From Candidatus Onthoplasma sp. (lineage in GTDB: Bacteria; Bacillota; Clostridia; Christensenellales; UBA1242), in assembly GCA_045578345.1 (NCBI GenBank), contig JAZNKB010000006.1, positions 38,911 through 102,910 of the forward strand: a stretch of DNA of 64,000 bases, in the 5' to 3' direction. Of this stretch, positions 48,865 through 57,634 are shown piece after piece; the stretch's first letter is position 1, and each line of letters starts with the position of its first letter. Made by a program: the position numbers and the translations under genes. Under the pieces are notes generated by a model. The model had not been told where the DNA came from and did no database searches. It saw only the letters and a program-made list of their open reading frames with translations.

Positions 48865-49451
48865 GAATTGGGGTGGATGTTGATGGGGTTCTTACAAATA
48901 TAGAACAGTTTGAACTGGATTATGGAAGTGAGTATTATATTAATTACACAAATAAACATTTAACTAATCCAAAAGGATATGGAAGTTGTCAAATTTTTGA
49001 AGGAACTGAAAAAGAAGATAATTTATTTTGGAGAACGGCAATTTACGAATATTTAAAAGAACCTCCAAGAAAATTTGCGTCAAAAGTATTAGAACTTTTA
49101 AAAAATTGTGGTCACGAAATATATATAATTACTAATCGAATTTCTGATTTATCATATTGCGACATAACCCAAGAACAAATGAGAAAGATTATCTTAAAAT
49201 GGTTAAAGAAACACAAAATATATTATGATAAACTTATATTTTCTAATAGGACAAAATTAGATGCTTTAAAAGAAAATAAAATAGATATTATGATTGAAGA
49301 TAACCCTAAAAATATTAAAGAACAGTCAGAAGAAATTAAAGTGTTATGTTTTGACGCAAGATATAACAGTGATATTGAAAAAGATAATGTAATAAGAGTT
49401 TATTCTTGGTTTGATATTCTTGATAAAATTAGAAGTATAGATAAATATTGA
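48861..49451 (+). CDS. HAD-type 5'(3')-deoxyribonucleotidase-like protein (NT5C family)
   Basis: MRIGVDVDGVL nucleophile motif and EDNPKN near the C-terminus. Start overlaps the upstream stop (ATGA). Confidence 0.7.
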   Translation: MRIGVDVDGVLTNIEQFELDYGSEYYINYTNKHLTNPKGYGSCQIFEGTEKEDNLFWRTAIYEYLKEPPRKFASKVLELLKNCGHEIYIITNRISDLSYCDITQEQMRKIILKWLKKHKIYYDKLIFSNRTKLDALKENKIDIMIEDNPKNIKEQSEEIKVLCFDARYNSDIEKDNVIRVYSWFDILDKIRSIDKY

Positions 49452-49468
49452 GTTTAAAAGGAAAAAAT

Positions 49469-50008
49469 ATGGAATTTATTGAAATATCAATGAAAAATGT
49501 TTTGGAAGCAACAAAAGTTCAAATGGAAATATTTGGAGCAAAAGATTGTGCATATCTTTGTTATATTCAACATATACAAAATGGCGATCCAGCCTATTAC
49601 ATAGTTAAAGATAAAAATGAAATAATCGGAATATCTGGAATTTATGTTGAGCCTTTTGAGCCAGAAACTGCATGGCTTGGTTGGTTCGGGGTTAGAGAAG
49701 TACACAGAAAAAAAGGATATGGAACCAAAATATTAGAAAAAACTATTGAGATTGCGAAACTTAATGGTTATAAGAACTTCCGATTATATACTGATGTTGT
49801 TAATCCTAATGCTCATAGGTTATACGATAGAGTTATGGATTACAAAGAAGAATATGCAGAACCTAATTTTAAGGTTTTAATTTATAGCAAATCGCTGTGC
49901 GATATTCCTTGTCCTAAATTAAACAATAGATTTATAAATTTAGCATCAAAAGACAAAGAACAAGACAATGGTTATGATTTATATTTAAAACAGCTCAATA
50001 AGAAATAA
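49469..50008 (+). CDS. GNAT-family N-acetyltransferase, paralogue 2
   Basis: WLGWFGVREVHRKKGYG. Collinear with 48316-48864. ATG 49469 preferred. Confidence 0.8.
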   Translation: MEFIEISMKNVLEATKVQMEIFGAKDCAYLCYIQHIQNGDPAYYIVKDKNEIIGISGIYVEPFEPETAWLGWFGVREVHRKKGYGTKILEKTIEIAKLNGYKNFRLYTDVVNPNAHRLYDRVMDYKEEYAEPNFKVLIYSKSLCDIPCPKLNNRFINLASKDKEQDNGYDLYLKQLNKK

Positions 50009-50026
50009 GATATAAAAGGAAAAAAT

Positions 50027-50521
50027 ATGAACTTATTAGAAATAGGAAAAATTTTGCGCCCACATGGAATTAAGGGCGCTGTTAAAGTTGAATGTTACGT
50101 TGATGAACATTTTTCAACTTTTAAAAATGTGATGATAACAAACAAATTTGCAAAAGCACAAGTGAAGACTGTTCAAAATTTGAACAAGGATTTTTACATT
50201 GTTACCCTTGATGTTATTCCAGATGTTGACACGGCTGAAAAGTTTAGAAATCAATCAATTTATATTGATAGAGAACTATACCCTGAGTTTAAAGAAAAAC
50301 TATATATGAGTGATTTAATCAATAAACCTGTGGTTAACGAAAAGGGTGAGGAAATTGGTTACATGGTGGATTACGATGACTACGGTGCAAGTGTTGTTTT
50401 AACAATTAAAGCGGGAGTTAGCAGTTATCAAATTCCATATGTGAAAGATATTATTGTATATGACGAAGAAAAAGATGCTTTTGTGATTAATCAACAAACT
50501 TTTGAAGATGTAAAAGTTTAA
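50027..50521 (+). CDS. rimM: 16S rRNA processing protein RimM
   Basis: IGKILRPHGIKGAVKV. Position before trmD. Confidence 0.93.
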   Translation: MNLLEIGKILRPHGIKGAVKVECYVDEHFSTFKNVMITNKFAKAQVKTVQNLNKDFYIVTLDVIPDVDTAEKFRNQSIYIDRELYPEFKEKLYMSDLINKPVVNEKGEEIGYMVDYDDYGASVVLTIKAGVSSYQIPYVKDIIVYDEEKDAFVINQQTFEDVKV

Positions 50522-50560
50522 GAACATGACAAAACTGATATTGAAAATAAAAGGATTTTT

Positions 50561-51223
50561 ATGAAAATAGACATTTTAACACTTTTTCCTGAAATGTTTG
50601 CGCCACTAAAAGAAAGCATAATTAAAAGAGCAGTGGAAGATGGAAAAATTGAAATTAATATAACCAATATTAGAGATTTCGCCGCGCCTCCTCATTTCCG
50701 CTGTGATGATATGCCATTTGGCGGTGGGGCTGGAATGGTGATGATGTGTGAACCACTTTTTAAAGCAATTGAGAGTGTTAAGCAAGAAAATTCTAAAATC
50801 TTTTATATGTCACCACGAGGAAATGTGTTTAATCAAGCTATGGCAAGAGAAATGAGCAAACTTGAACATATTGTTCTTCTTTGTGGACATTATGAAGGAA
50901 TAGACCAGAGAGTTATAGATTACTTTAACATTGAAGAACTCTCAATTGGTGATTACGTTTTAACAGGCGGAGAACTTCCCGCAATGGTGGTGGCGGATTC
51001 AATCATCCGCTTAATTCCAGGAGTGATAAGAGAAGAAAGCACAATGGAAGAAAGTTTCAGTGAAAACATGCTTGAATACAATCAATACACCCGTCCCGCA
51101 GAATTTCGCGGAATGGCTGTGCCGGAAGTATTACTTTCTGGTCACCATAAAAACATTGAAGATTGGCGAAAGACACAATCACTTGAAATAACAAAAAAGA
51201 ATCGACCAGACTTGCTCGGATAA
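50561..51223 (+). CDS. trmD: tRNA (guanine37-N1)-methyltransferase
   Basis: ILTLFPEMF, DDMPFGGGAGMVM, GHYEGIDQRV. Confidence 0.97.
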   Translation: MKIDILTLFPEMFAPLKESIIKRAVEDGKIEINITNIRDFAAPPHFRCDDMPFGGGAGMVMMCEPLFKAIESVKQENSKIFYMSPRGNVFNQAMAREMSKLEHIVLLCGHYEGIDQRVIDYFNIEELSIGDYVLTGGELPAMVVADSIIRLIPGVIREESTMEESFSENMLEYNQYTRPAEFRGMAVPEVLLSGHHKNIEDWRKTQSLEITKKNRPDLLG

Positions 51224-51395
51224 TTGCCACTCACTAAACGCATTAATTACAGGGTTCCCGCCACAACTTGCTTGTGGAAGGGAAAAAGGAACAAACGAGT
51301 TTAGGCTTATGTTTGCATTAGGCAAACTAGCAAAAACGAGGTTTGTGACGCAGTCGTTCGGACAAATAATTCTTCGCTTAAGATTAAGCGGAAAA
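51224..51395 (+). repeat. family B repeat, long form, starting at the trmD stop codon
   Basis: Ends cactaaacgcatt ... gtcgttcggacaaataattcttcgcttaagattaagcgga match 36907-36975. About 100 nt of extra internal sequence with the hairpin ccacaa/ttgtgg. Confidence 0.7.
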
Positions 51396-51414
51396 GTTTT
51401 AAAAGGAAATAATT

Positions 51415-51657
51415 ATGGGCTTATTGAAATTTTTATTTTATAGAAAAAAGGAACAATCAATTCTTGCTAGCAGGAAATACGGCGAAAAGCAAATTAATCC
51501 TGAAGATTTAGATGAATCTTTACTTTCTAGAAGATTATATCCAACTTTTGAAGAAAAAGAAAAATCAATGAAACTCGGAAAAGTTTCTATGCTTGGAAGA
51601 AAAGAATATCCAAAAATATTCACACAAGCAGATGAAGAAGATAAAAAGAGATTATAA
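51415..51657 (+). CDS. hypothetical small charged protein (80 aa)
   Basis: ORF with aaaagga SD. Low-complexity Lys/Glu-rich sequence. Confidence 0.5.
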   Translation: MGLLKFLFYRKKEQSILASRKYGEKQINPEDLDESLLSRRLYPTFEEKEKSMKLGKVSMLGRKEYPKIFTQADEEDKKRL

Positions 51658-51679
51658 TTGAAACAGAGGAGAAAGTAAC

Positions 51680-52513
51680 ATGATAAATTGGTTTCCGGGG
51701 CATATGAGTAAAACTTTAAAAGAAATGCAAAACAATTCAAAACTTTGTGATTGTTTTGTTTATGTTCTTGATTCGCGTTGCCCAACGAGTTGCATAAACC
51801 CAGAATTTGTTAAGGTTTGCCGTGACAAGCCTATCATTTTTGTTTTAAACAAGGCAGATTTGGTGGAGCAGGCTGACATTAAAAGATTTAAAGAATATTT
51901 TAACTCACTTGGGCATGAATGTGTTTCTTTGAATGCCACAGTTAGCGGAAATGCAAAAATTATTGTTAATGCAATAAGAAAAGTTTTCTCTGAAAGATTA
52001 CAAAAAAACAAAGAAAGAGGAGTAACATTTGTTCTTCGTGCAATGGTTCTTGGAATTCCAAACTCTGGGAAATCCACAATTGTTAACAACCTTTGCAACA
52101 AGGGTAGAGCAATAACAGGAAACAAAGCGGGAGTAACCCGAAGTAAACAATGGATTAAAGTTGGTAACGATATTGAATTTATGGACACACCTGGAGTATT
52201 ATTACCAAATTTTGAAGATGAAGATAAAGCTTATAACCTTGCTTTTGTTGGTTCAGTTCGTGATGATGTTTTAAATCTTGTTGACGTTTGTGAACGTTTG
52301 ATTGCTAAATTGAGAGTTATGCAAAGTAAACCACTTCAAACTAAATATGGTGTTGATTGTACTGATGATACACTTGATAATGACATATTAAAACAAATTG
52401 GCAAGAAACGTGGTTGCCTTGTTAAAGGTGGCGAAATTGACATGGAACGTGCCACTAAAATTTTATTAACTGATTTTAGAGCGGGCAAACTTGGCAAAAT
52501 TTGTTTAGAATAA
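51680..52513 (+). CDS. rbgA: ribosome biogenesis GTPase A (YlqF)
   Basis: WFPGHM.K, circularly permuted G motifs LNKADL ... GIPNSGKST ... DTPG. Confidence 0.95.
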   Translation: MINWFPGHMSKTLKEMQNNSKLCDCFVYVLDSRCPTSCINPEFVKVCRDKPIIFVLNKADLVEQADIKRFKEYFNSLGHECVSLNATVSGNAKIIVNAIRKVFSERLQKNKERGVTFVLRAMVLGIPNSGKSTIVNNLCNKGRAITGNKAGVTRSKQWIKVGNDIEFMDTPGVLLPNFEDEDKAYNLAFVGSVRDDVLNLVDVCERLIAKLRVMQSKPLQTKYGVDCTDDTLDNDILKQIGKKRGCLVKGGEIDMERATKILLTDFRAGKLGKICLE

Positions 52514-52523
52514 AAGGGAACTT

Positions 52524-53174
52524 ATGATAGACACAACAAAAATTTTTGAACACGATAAAGCACTTTTAAGTGATAATGTTAAATTTATAGCAGGCATTGA
52601 TGAAGTTGGACGTGGTCCACTTGCTGGACCAGTTGTAACTGCCTGTGTGGTTATGCCATATGACAATATGCTTGATGGTGTGTTTGACAGCAAAAAAGTA
52701 AGTAAGAAAAATAGAGAAAGGCTTTATGATGAAATAATAAATACCGCTTATTCAGTTTCAATTTCAGTTCGTTCGCAAGATGTGATTGATAAAATCAACA
52801 TTCTAAATGCAACAAAAGAATGTATGAAAGAGTGCTTTGAAAACGCAAAAGTTAAACCAGATTTGTTGCTTGTTGATGCGGTTAAACTTAATCTTTGTGA
52901 AAACGAAATGCCCATAATTAAGGGTGATGCAACAAGTTATGCAATTGCTTGTGCTTCAATTGTTGCAAAAGTTTATAGAGACAGAATGATGGAAAACTTT
53001 GCAACAATATACCCTAATTACGACTTTGAAAACAATGTTGGTTATGGAACTAAAAAGCACATTGAAGCAATAAAACAACACGGAATAACACCAATTCACA
53101 GATTAAGTTTTTTAGGTAAAATCATAGGAGAAGAAGAGTGCAAAGCAATACATATGGAAAGAGAAGCGAAATAA
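52524..53174 (+). CDS. rnhB: ribonuclease HII
   Basis: AGIDEVGRGPLAGPVV and a later KGD..S..IA.ASI.AK. Confidence 0.96.
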   Translation: MIDTTKIFEHDKALLSDNVKFIAGIDEVGRGPLAGPVVTACVVMPYDNMLDGVFDSKKVSKKNRERLYDEIINTAYSVSISVRSQDVIDKINILNATKECMKECFENAKVKPDLLLVDAVKLNLCENEMPIIKGDATSYAIACASIVAKVYRDRMMENFATIYPNYDFENNVGYGTKKHIEAIKQHGITPIHRLSFLGKIIGEEECKAIHMEREAK

Positions 53175-53485
53175 TTGCAAGTGACTATTTAAAGAAAAAG
53201 GGTTACAAAATTCTTGAAACTAATTATAAAAACAAAGTTGGCGAAATTGATGTTATTGCTTTAGATAAAGATTACATTGTTTTTGTTGAGGTTAAATCAA
53301 GAACCAGCGGGGCATTTGGTCATCCATTTGAAGCAATAGACACCAGAAAACAACAAAAAATTCATGCAGTTGCGTCACTATACATGGTTAAAAACAAAAA
53401 ACATGGTTCACTTTGCAGATTTGACGCAATCTCAATTTTAGGGCTTGAAAATCCTGAAATTACGCATATTGTTGACGCGTTTTAA
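53138..53485 (+). CDS. YraN-family (UPF0102) endonuclease-like protein
   Basis: G...E..A..YL...GY.IL..N......GEIDVIALD....VFVEVKSR. GTG start. Confidence 0.9.
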   Translation: MQSNTYGKRSEIIASDYLKKKGYKILETNYKNKVGEIDVIALDKDYIVFVEVKSRTSGAFGHPFEAIDTRKQQKIHAVASLYMVKNKKHGSLCRFDAISILGLENPEITHIVDAF

Positions 53486-53488
53486 CTC

Positions 53489-53516
53489 TTGACAAATTTA
53501 GATTATGTGATATAAT
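53489..53516 (+). promoter_or_regulatory. sigma-A-type promoter with extended -10
   Basis: TTGACA, 16-nt spacer, TATAAT, preceded by TGa. Confidence 0.6.
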
Positions 53517-53534
53517 GCAGTCAAGGAGTTAACA

Positions 53535-53873
53535 ATGGAAAAAGAAAAGTTATTAACAAAAGAAGATAATGAATTAATTGGTCAATATATGGAATATTTA
53601 AAAAGAAATTACAATGATCAATTATGCTGTGCCTTAGTTTATTTTTTATCAAAAGATTCAGATTGGGATATTAGCACAATAAATAAAAGAAAAGCATTTC
53701 TTTTAAAAGTTTTAAGAGAATGCACAGTTTCATGTAATCTTGACTTAAATTTATTCCCTATGGAAATCAAAAAGAAATTAATTGTAGCATATACAGAAAC
53801 AAAAACAAGAGAAGAACAAGCAAAACAAGAACATATTGCCGAACTTGTTGCAGAAATGAACGAAATTTTTTAG
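53535..53873 (+). CDS. hypothetical small protein, EMNEIF-tail pair member 1
   Basis: 112 aa, SD aaggag. The C-terminus EMNEIF is shared with the next ORF. Confidence 0.7.
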   Translation: MEKEKLLTKEDNELIGQYMEYLKRNYNDQLCCALVYFLSKDSDWDISTINKRKAFLLKVLRECTVSCNLDLNLFPMEIKKKLIVAYTETKTREEQAKQEHIAELVAEMNEIF

Positions 53874-53881
53874 GAGATTTT

Positions 53882-54196
53882 ATGACAACAGAAAAGAAAG
53901 TAGAATATATTCAATTATTAAAAAAAATGGACAATCGTCTATCAAATGCAATTTTATTCTATCTAACTAACACTGATAAAGAATATGAAAAGAAAAGAGT
54001 TTTTGTTGAGAAATTGCTTGACACATATGCTGAAGTAGAAGAAAGTCAGCATTTTGAAGGCGGTAAATGTATTGATTTAGAATATATCCCAGATGAAATC
54101 GTTGGCAAATTGATATCAGCACATGGTGAAGAAATGGCAAAGGAATTGCTAAAGAAAAGTCAAGAAATGATTGATGAAATGAACGAAATATTTTAA
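53882..54196 (+). CDS. hypothetical small protein, EMNEIF-tail pair member 2
   Basis: 104 aa, SD aggag. C-terminus IDEMNEIF. Confidence 0.7.
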   Translation: MTTEKKVEYIQLLKKMDNRLSNAILFYLTNTDKEYEKKRVFVEKLLDTYAEVEESQHFEGGKCIDLEYIPDEIVGKLISAHGEEMAKELLKKSQEMIDEMNEIF

Positions 54197-54215
54197 ACAA
54201 ATTTGTTAAAAACCC

Positions 54216-54244
54216 TTGCAAATAGTTTTTGGTTGTGTTATAAT
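54216..54244 (+). promoter_or_regulatory. sigma-A-type promoter of rplS
   Basis: TTGCAA, 17-nt spacer, TATAAT. Confidence 0.55.
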
Positions 54245-54306
54245 CAACTCGTTATTGGCGGTCCGCTGTGGTCCAACGCAAGAACGTCAAGTTTAGGAGG
54301 TAACAT

Positions 54307-54648
54307 ATGACAATTATCGACCAAATCGAAAAAGAGCAATTACGTAGTGACCTCGCTTCTTTTAATATTGGAGACACCGTACGTGTTATGGTTAAAGTCA
54401 AAGAAGGCGAAAAAGAACGTATTCAAGCATATGAAGGCGTTGTAATTGCAAAGAAAGGAAGTAGCATCCGTGAAACTTTCACTGTTAGACGTGTGTCTTT
54501 CGGTATTGGAGTTGAAAGAACATTTCCTCTTCACTCACCAAGAATTGATAAAATCATTGTTGTGAGAAAGGGTAAAGTTCGCAGAGCTAAAATCTATTAT
54601 ATTAGAGACCTTTCTGGTAAGGCCGCAAAAGTTAAAGAAGTTAAATAA
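54307..54648 (+). CDS. rplS: 50S ribosomal protein L19
   Basis: [48 protein letters not shown]. Confidence 0.97.
   Translation: MTIIDQIEKEQLRSDLASFNIGDTVRVMVKVKEGEKERIQAYEGVVIAKKGSSIRETFTVRRVSFGIGVERTFPLHSPRIDKIIVVRKGKVRRAKIYYIRDLSGKAAKVKEVK
54618..54647 (+). repeat. 30-bp direct repeat, copy 1 (last codons of rplS)
   Basis: taaggccgcaaaagttaaagaagttaaata, identical to 54691-54720. Confidence 0.95.
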
Positions 54649-54690
54649 TTCGTTTGACTAGGGCTTACCCAAATTCTGCGAAGAATTTGC
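54649..54690 (-). repeat. short family B-like insert in inverted orientation
   Basis: Contains gcgaagaat, the reverse complement of the attcttcgc motif seen in copies 36907-36975 and 51224-51395. Confidence 0.45.
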
Positions 54691-54720
54691 TAAGGCCGCA
54701 AAAGTTAAAGAAGTTAAATA
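54691..54720 (+). repeat. 30-bp direct repeat, copy 2
   Basis: Identical to 54618-54647. Followed by g (tag) instead of a (taa). Confidence 0.95.
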
Positions 54721-54752
54721 GTAACTAGCGGAAATTAATGATTTGAAAGAGA

Positions 54753-54777
54753 AGAGTGCCAATTGGTGCTCTTTTTT
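54753..54777 (+). terminator. intrinsic terminator of rplS
   Basis: gagtgcc / ggtgctc hairpin (two G-U pairs) plus T6. Confidence 0.7.
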
Positions 54778-54873
54778 AATGTTATTTTAGTAATTATATA
54801 TTTATCGAACAAATGTTTGATAAACTATTGACAAATTTTGCCAATTTTGGTATTTTAGAATTAAGAGGTATAT

Positions 54874-56406
54874 ATGTTAGCAAAAATCTTGTCATTTGGA
54901 TTAAATGGAATAGCTGGGTATCCGGTTGACATTGAAATTGATGTTAATGCTGGAATTCCTGGTTATGATGTTGTTGGTCTTGCGGACACTGCAATTAAAG
55001 AAAGTAAATCAAGGGTAAAATCAGCTATTAAGAACAGTGCGTTTAACTATCCAATTAACAAAATAATTATCAACCTTGCACCAGCGGACACAAAAAAGGA
55101 AGGCAGCATGTATGACCTTCCAATTGCGCTTGGAATTTTGGTGGCTCAAGATTTAATTAAGAACAAAGATATTAAAGATGTTGTTGTTTTGGGCGAATTA
55201 AGTTTGAATGGTGAAATTAGAAAAATCAATGGAATTTTACCAATGCTAATTAGCGCAAAGCAAATGGGCTACACGAAGTTTATCATTCCAGCAACTAACG
55301 CAATGGAAGCATCTTTCATTGATGGAATTGAAGTTTATCCAATGGAAAACCTAAAGCAAGTTGTAAGCCACCTAAAAGGTGAAGTTTTAATTCAAAAAAA
55401 TGATAGCAAAACTTTTGAAAGTGCATTGCGTGATCATGATTTTAAGCATGATTTTATGTATGTTAAAGGTCAAGCAAGCGCAAAGCGAGCAATGGAGATT
55501 GCAGCAGCGGGTGGTCACAATATTTTGCTCATCGGCCCACCAGGAGCAGGAAAGACTATGCTTGCAAAGTGTTTTCCTTCAATTCTTCCTGATTTAACAT
55601 TTGAAGAAAGTTTGGAAGTTACCAAAATTCATAGCGTGGCGGGAGTTCTTGACTCGAGCAAAGGAATTGTTGTTGAACGACCATTCCGTTCGCCTCATCA
55701 CACAGCAACATTGATTGCTTTAACAGGTGGAGGACAAAAGGCAAAACCTGGTGAAATAAGCCTTGCACATAATGGGGTTTTATTTTTAGATGAAATGCCT
55801 GAATATGCAAGAAATACAATAGAAACGCTTCGTCAACCAATGGAAGATGGTTATATCACAGTTTCGAGAAATGCTCAAACTGTGCAGTATCCAGCGAATT
55901 TTGTGCTTGTTTCAAGCATGAACCCATGTCCATGTGGTTATTATGGAAGTTCTTCTCAACCTTGTAAATGTAGTCCAAATGCAATTCATAAGTATTTATC
56001 AAAAATCAGTGGTCCACTTATGGATAGAATTGATTTGCATATTGAAGTTGACGCAATAAACTACGAAGAATTAACAACAAAAGAGTTAGAAGAATCAAGC
56101 AAGTCCATTAAAGATAGAGTAAACAAAGCACGAAACATTCAACTTAATAGATTTAAAAATTCAAAAGTGTATTCAAATGCAAAAATGAGTGAAGCGGATT
56201 TTAAAGCTCATTGCGTGCTAGACAAAGAATGTACAGCTTTGCTTGAACTTGCTTTTAAGAAACTTAATTTGAGCGCAAGAGCATATAATCGAATTTTGAA
56301 AGTTGCAAGAACGATTGCTGACCTTGAGGGAAGTGAAAACATCCAAAAAGCACATGTTTTGGAAGCAATTCAATATAGGTCGTTAGATAAAAAGTATACG
56401 GTGTAA
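54874..56406 (+). CDS. comM: YifB/ComM-family Mg-chelatase-like ATPase
   Basis: N-terminal Lon-like domain, Walker A GPPGAGKTM, Walker B LFLDEMPE, Cys cluster NPCPCGYYGS....C.C. Confidence 0.93.
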   Translation: MLAKILSFGLNGIAGYPVDIEIDVNAGIPGYDVVGLADTAIKESKSRVKSAIKNSAFNYPINKIIINLAPADTKKEGSMYDLPIALGILVAQDLIKNKDIKDVVVLGELSLNGEIRKINGILPMLISAKQMGYTKFIIPATNAMEASFIDGIEVYPMENLKQVVSHLKGEVLIQKNDSKTFESALRDHDFKHDFMYVKGQASAKRAMEIAAAGGHNILLIGPPGAGKTMLAKCFPSILPDLTFEESLEVTKIHSVAGVLDSSKGIVVERPFRSPHHTATLIALTGGGQKAKPGEISLAHNGVLFLDEMPEYARNTIETLRQPMEDGYITVSRNAQTVQYPANFVLVSSMNPCPCGYYGSSSQPCKCSPNAIHKYLSKISGPLMDRIDLHIEVDAINYEELTTKELEESSKSIKDRVNKARNIQLNRFKNSKVYSNAKMSEADFKAHCVLDKECTALLELAFKKLNLSARAYNRILKVARTIADLEGSENIQKAHVLEAIQYRSLDKKYTV

Positions 56407-56407
56407 T

Positions 56408-57481
56408 ATGACAAATTATGAGAAAAATATAATATGGTTGGACTTATTTGATTTTCTTGCATACGGAAAGAAAATTAAGCTTTTAGAATGCATAAACAAA
56501 AATGAAAATTTAAGAGAAAAATTTTTAATATCCAAAGAAATTAAAGAAGTTTTAACTAATGAAGAATTTAATAAAATGGCACTTTGTTTAAGTGATGAAT
56601 ATTTAAACCGCCATTTGCGAGATTATGAAAAGGATAACATTCAAATAATCACGTTTGATAACCCAAACTATCCATACACATTAAAAGAAATTAGCACTCC
56701 GCCATTGTGTATGTATTGTAAAGGTGATGTGTCGTTACTTAGTTCACAATGTTTTGCAGTTGTTGGAACAAGAAAACCAACAGATTACGGAATTGTTGTA
56801 ACAAAGCAATATACTAAAGAGATTTGCAAGCATATGACAATTGTGTCCGGACTTGCAACAGGAATTGATGCGATTTCACATAAAACAGCACTTGAAGAAG
56901 GTGGAAAAACAATTGCTGTTTTGGCAGGTGGATTAAATAATATTTATCCATTAACAAACATAAAATTAGCTAAAGAGATAGAAGAAAAAGGATTACTAAT
57001 AAGTGAATATCCTCCAAACACCAAAGCGCAATATTATTATTTCCCAATTAGAAACAGAATAATTGCAGGATTAAGTCGAGGTGTTCTTGTTCCAGAAATG
57101 GGAGAGAAAAGTGGAAGTATGCACACAGTTAACTATGCTCTTGAGTTTAATCGTGACATTTTTGTTGTTCCAGGAAGAATTAATTCACCAATGAGCAAAG
57201 GAGCAAATGAATTAATAAAAAATCTTCAAGGTTGCATAACAACCAATCCTGAAGATATTTTAAACACATATCATATGGCAAAACAAGAGAAAAAATTTGC
57301 ATCTCAACTTGACATTAATTCGCAAATGATTTTGTCTTTCATTGAAAGTGAAAAAAGAACATATCAAGAAATTTTGGAATACACAAAGCTTTCTGCAAAT
57401 GAATTAAACTCATTGCTTATGACGTTGGAACTCAATGGTTTGCTTGTTAAACTTGCAAATAACAGTTTTATTATGTCTTAA
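56408..57481 (+). CDS. dprA: DNA processing protein DprA
   Basis: VVGTRKPTDYG, SGLATGIDA.SH, VVPGRINSP.S.G.N.LI. Confidence 0.93.
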   Translation: MTNYEKNIIWLDLFDFLAYGKKIKLLECINKNENLREKFLISKEIKEVLTNEEFNKMALCLSDEYLNRHLRDYEKDNIQIITFDNPNYPYTLKEISTPPLCMYCKGDVSLLSSQCFAVVGTRKPTDYGIVVTKQYTKEICKHMTIVSGLATGIDAISHKTALEEGGKTIAVLAGGLNNIYPLTNIKLAKEIEEKGLLISEYPPNTKAQYYYFPIRNRIIAGLSRGVLVPEMGEKSGSMHTVNYALEFNRDIFVVPGRINSPMSKGANELIKNLQGCITTNPEDILNTYHMAKQEKKFASQLDINSQMILSFIESEKRTYQEILEYTKLSANELNSLLMTLELNGLLVKLANNSFIMS

Positions 57482-57495
57482 AAAATATTTGAATT

Positions 57496-57532
57496 ATTAT
57501 GGTGATATGTTACATATTCGCCATAATTTTTT
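57496..57532 (+). terminator. probable intrinsic terminator after dprA
   Basis: Imperfect long hairpin attatggtgatatgt / acatattcgccataat plus T-run. Confidence 0.55.
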
Positions 57533-57634
57533 CTTACTATTATTTAAATTTTGAAAAAATTAACCAAATTTACAAAAATAGGTTGTGTGTTTTTTGAAAT
57601 TCTTGTATAATAAAATTTGATTGTAAGGAGAAGT

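Noticed and set aside
54245-54306. Possible L19-leader-type autoregulatory structure in the rplS 5' UTR.
   Set aside because: The leader is short and I cannot recall or verify the family consensus by eye. It is left unannotated pending an Rfam scan.
54874-57481. comM-dprA as a possible horizontally acquired competence island.
   Set aside because: The yraN-comM-dprA-topA-trmFO-hslVU order is common conserved Firmicute synteny, and no mobile-element signatures flank it.
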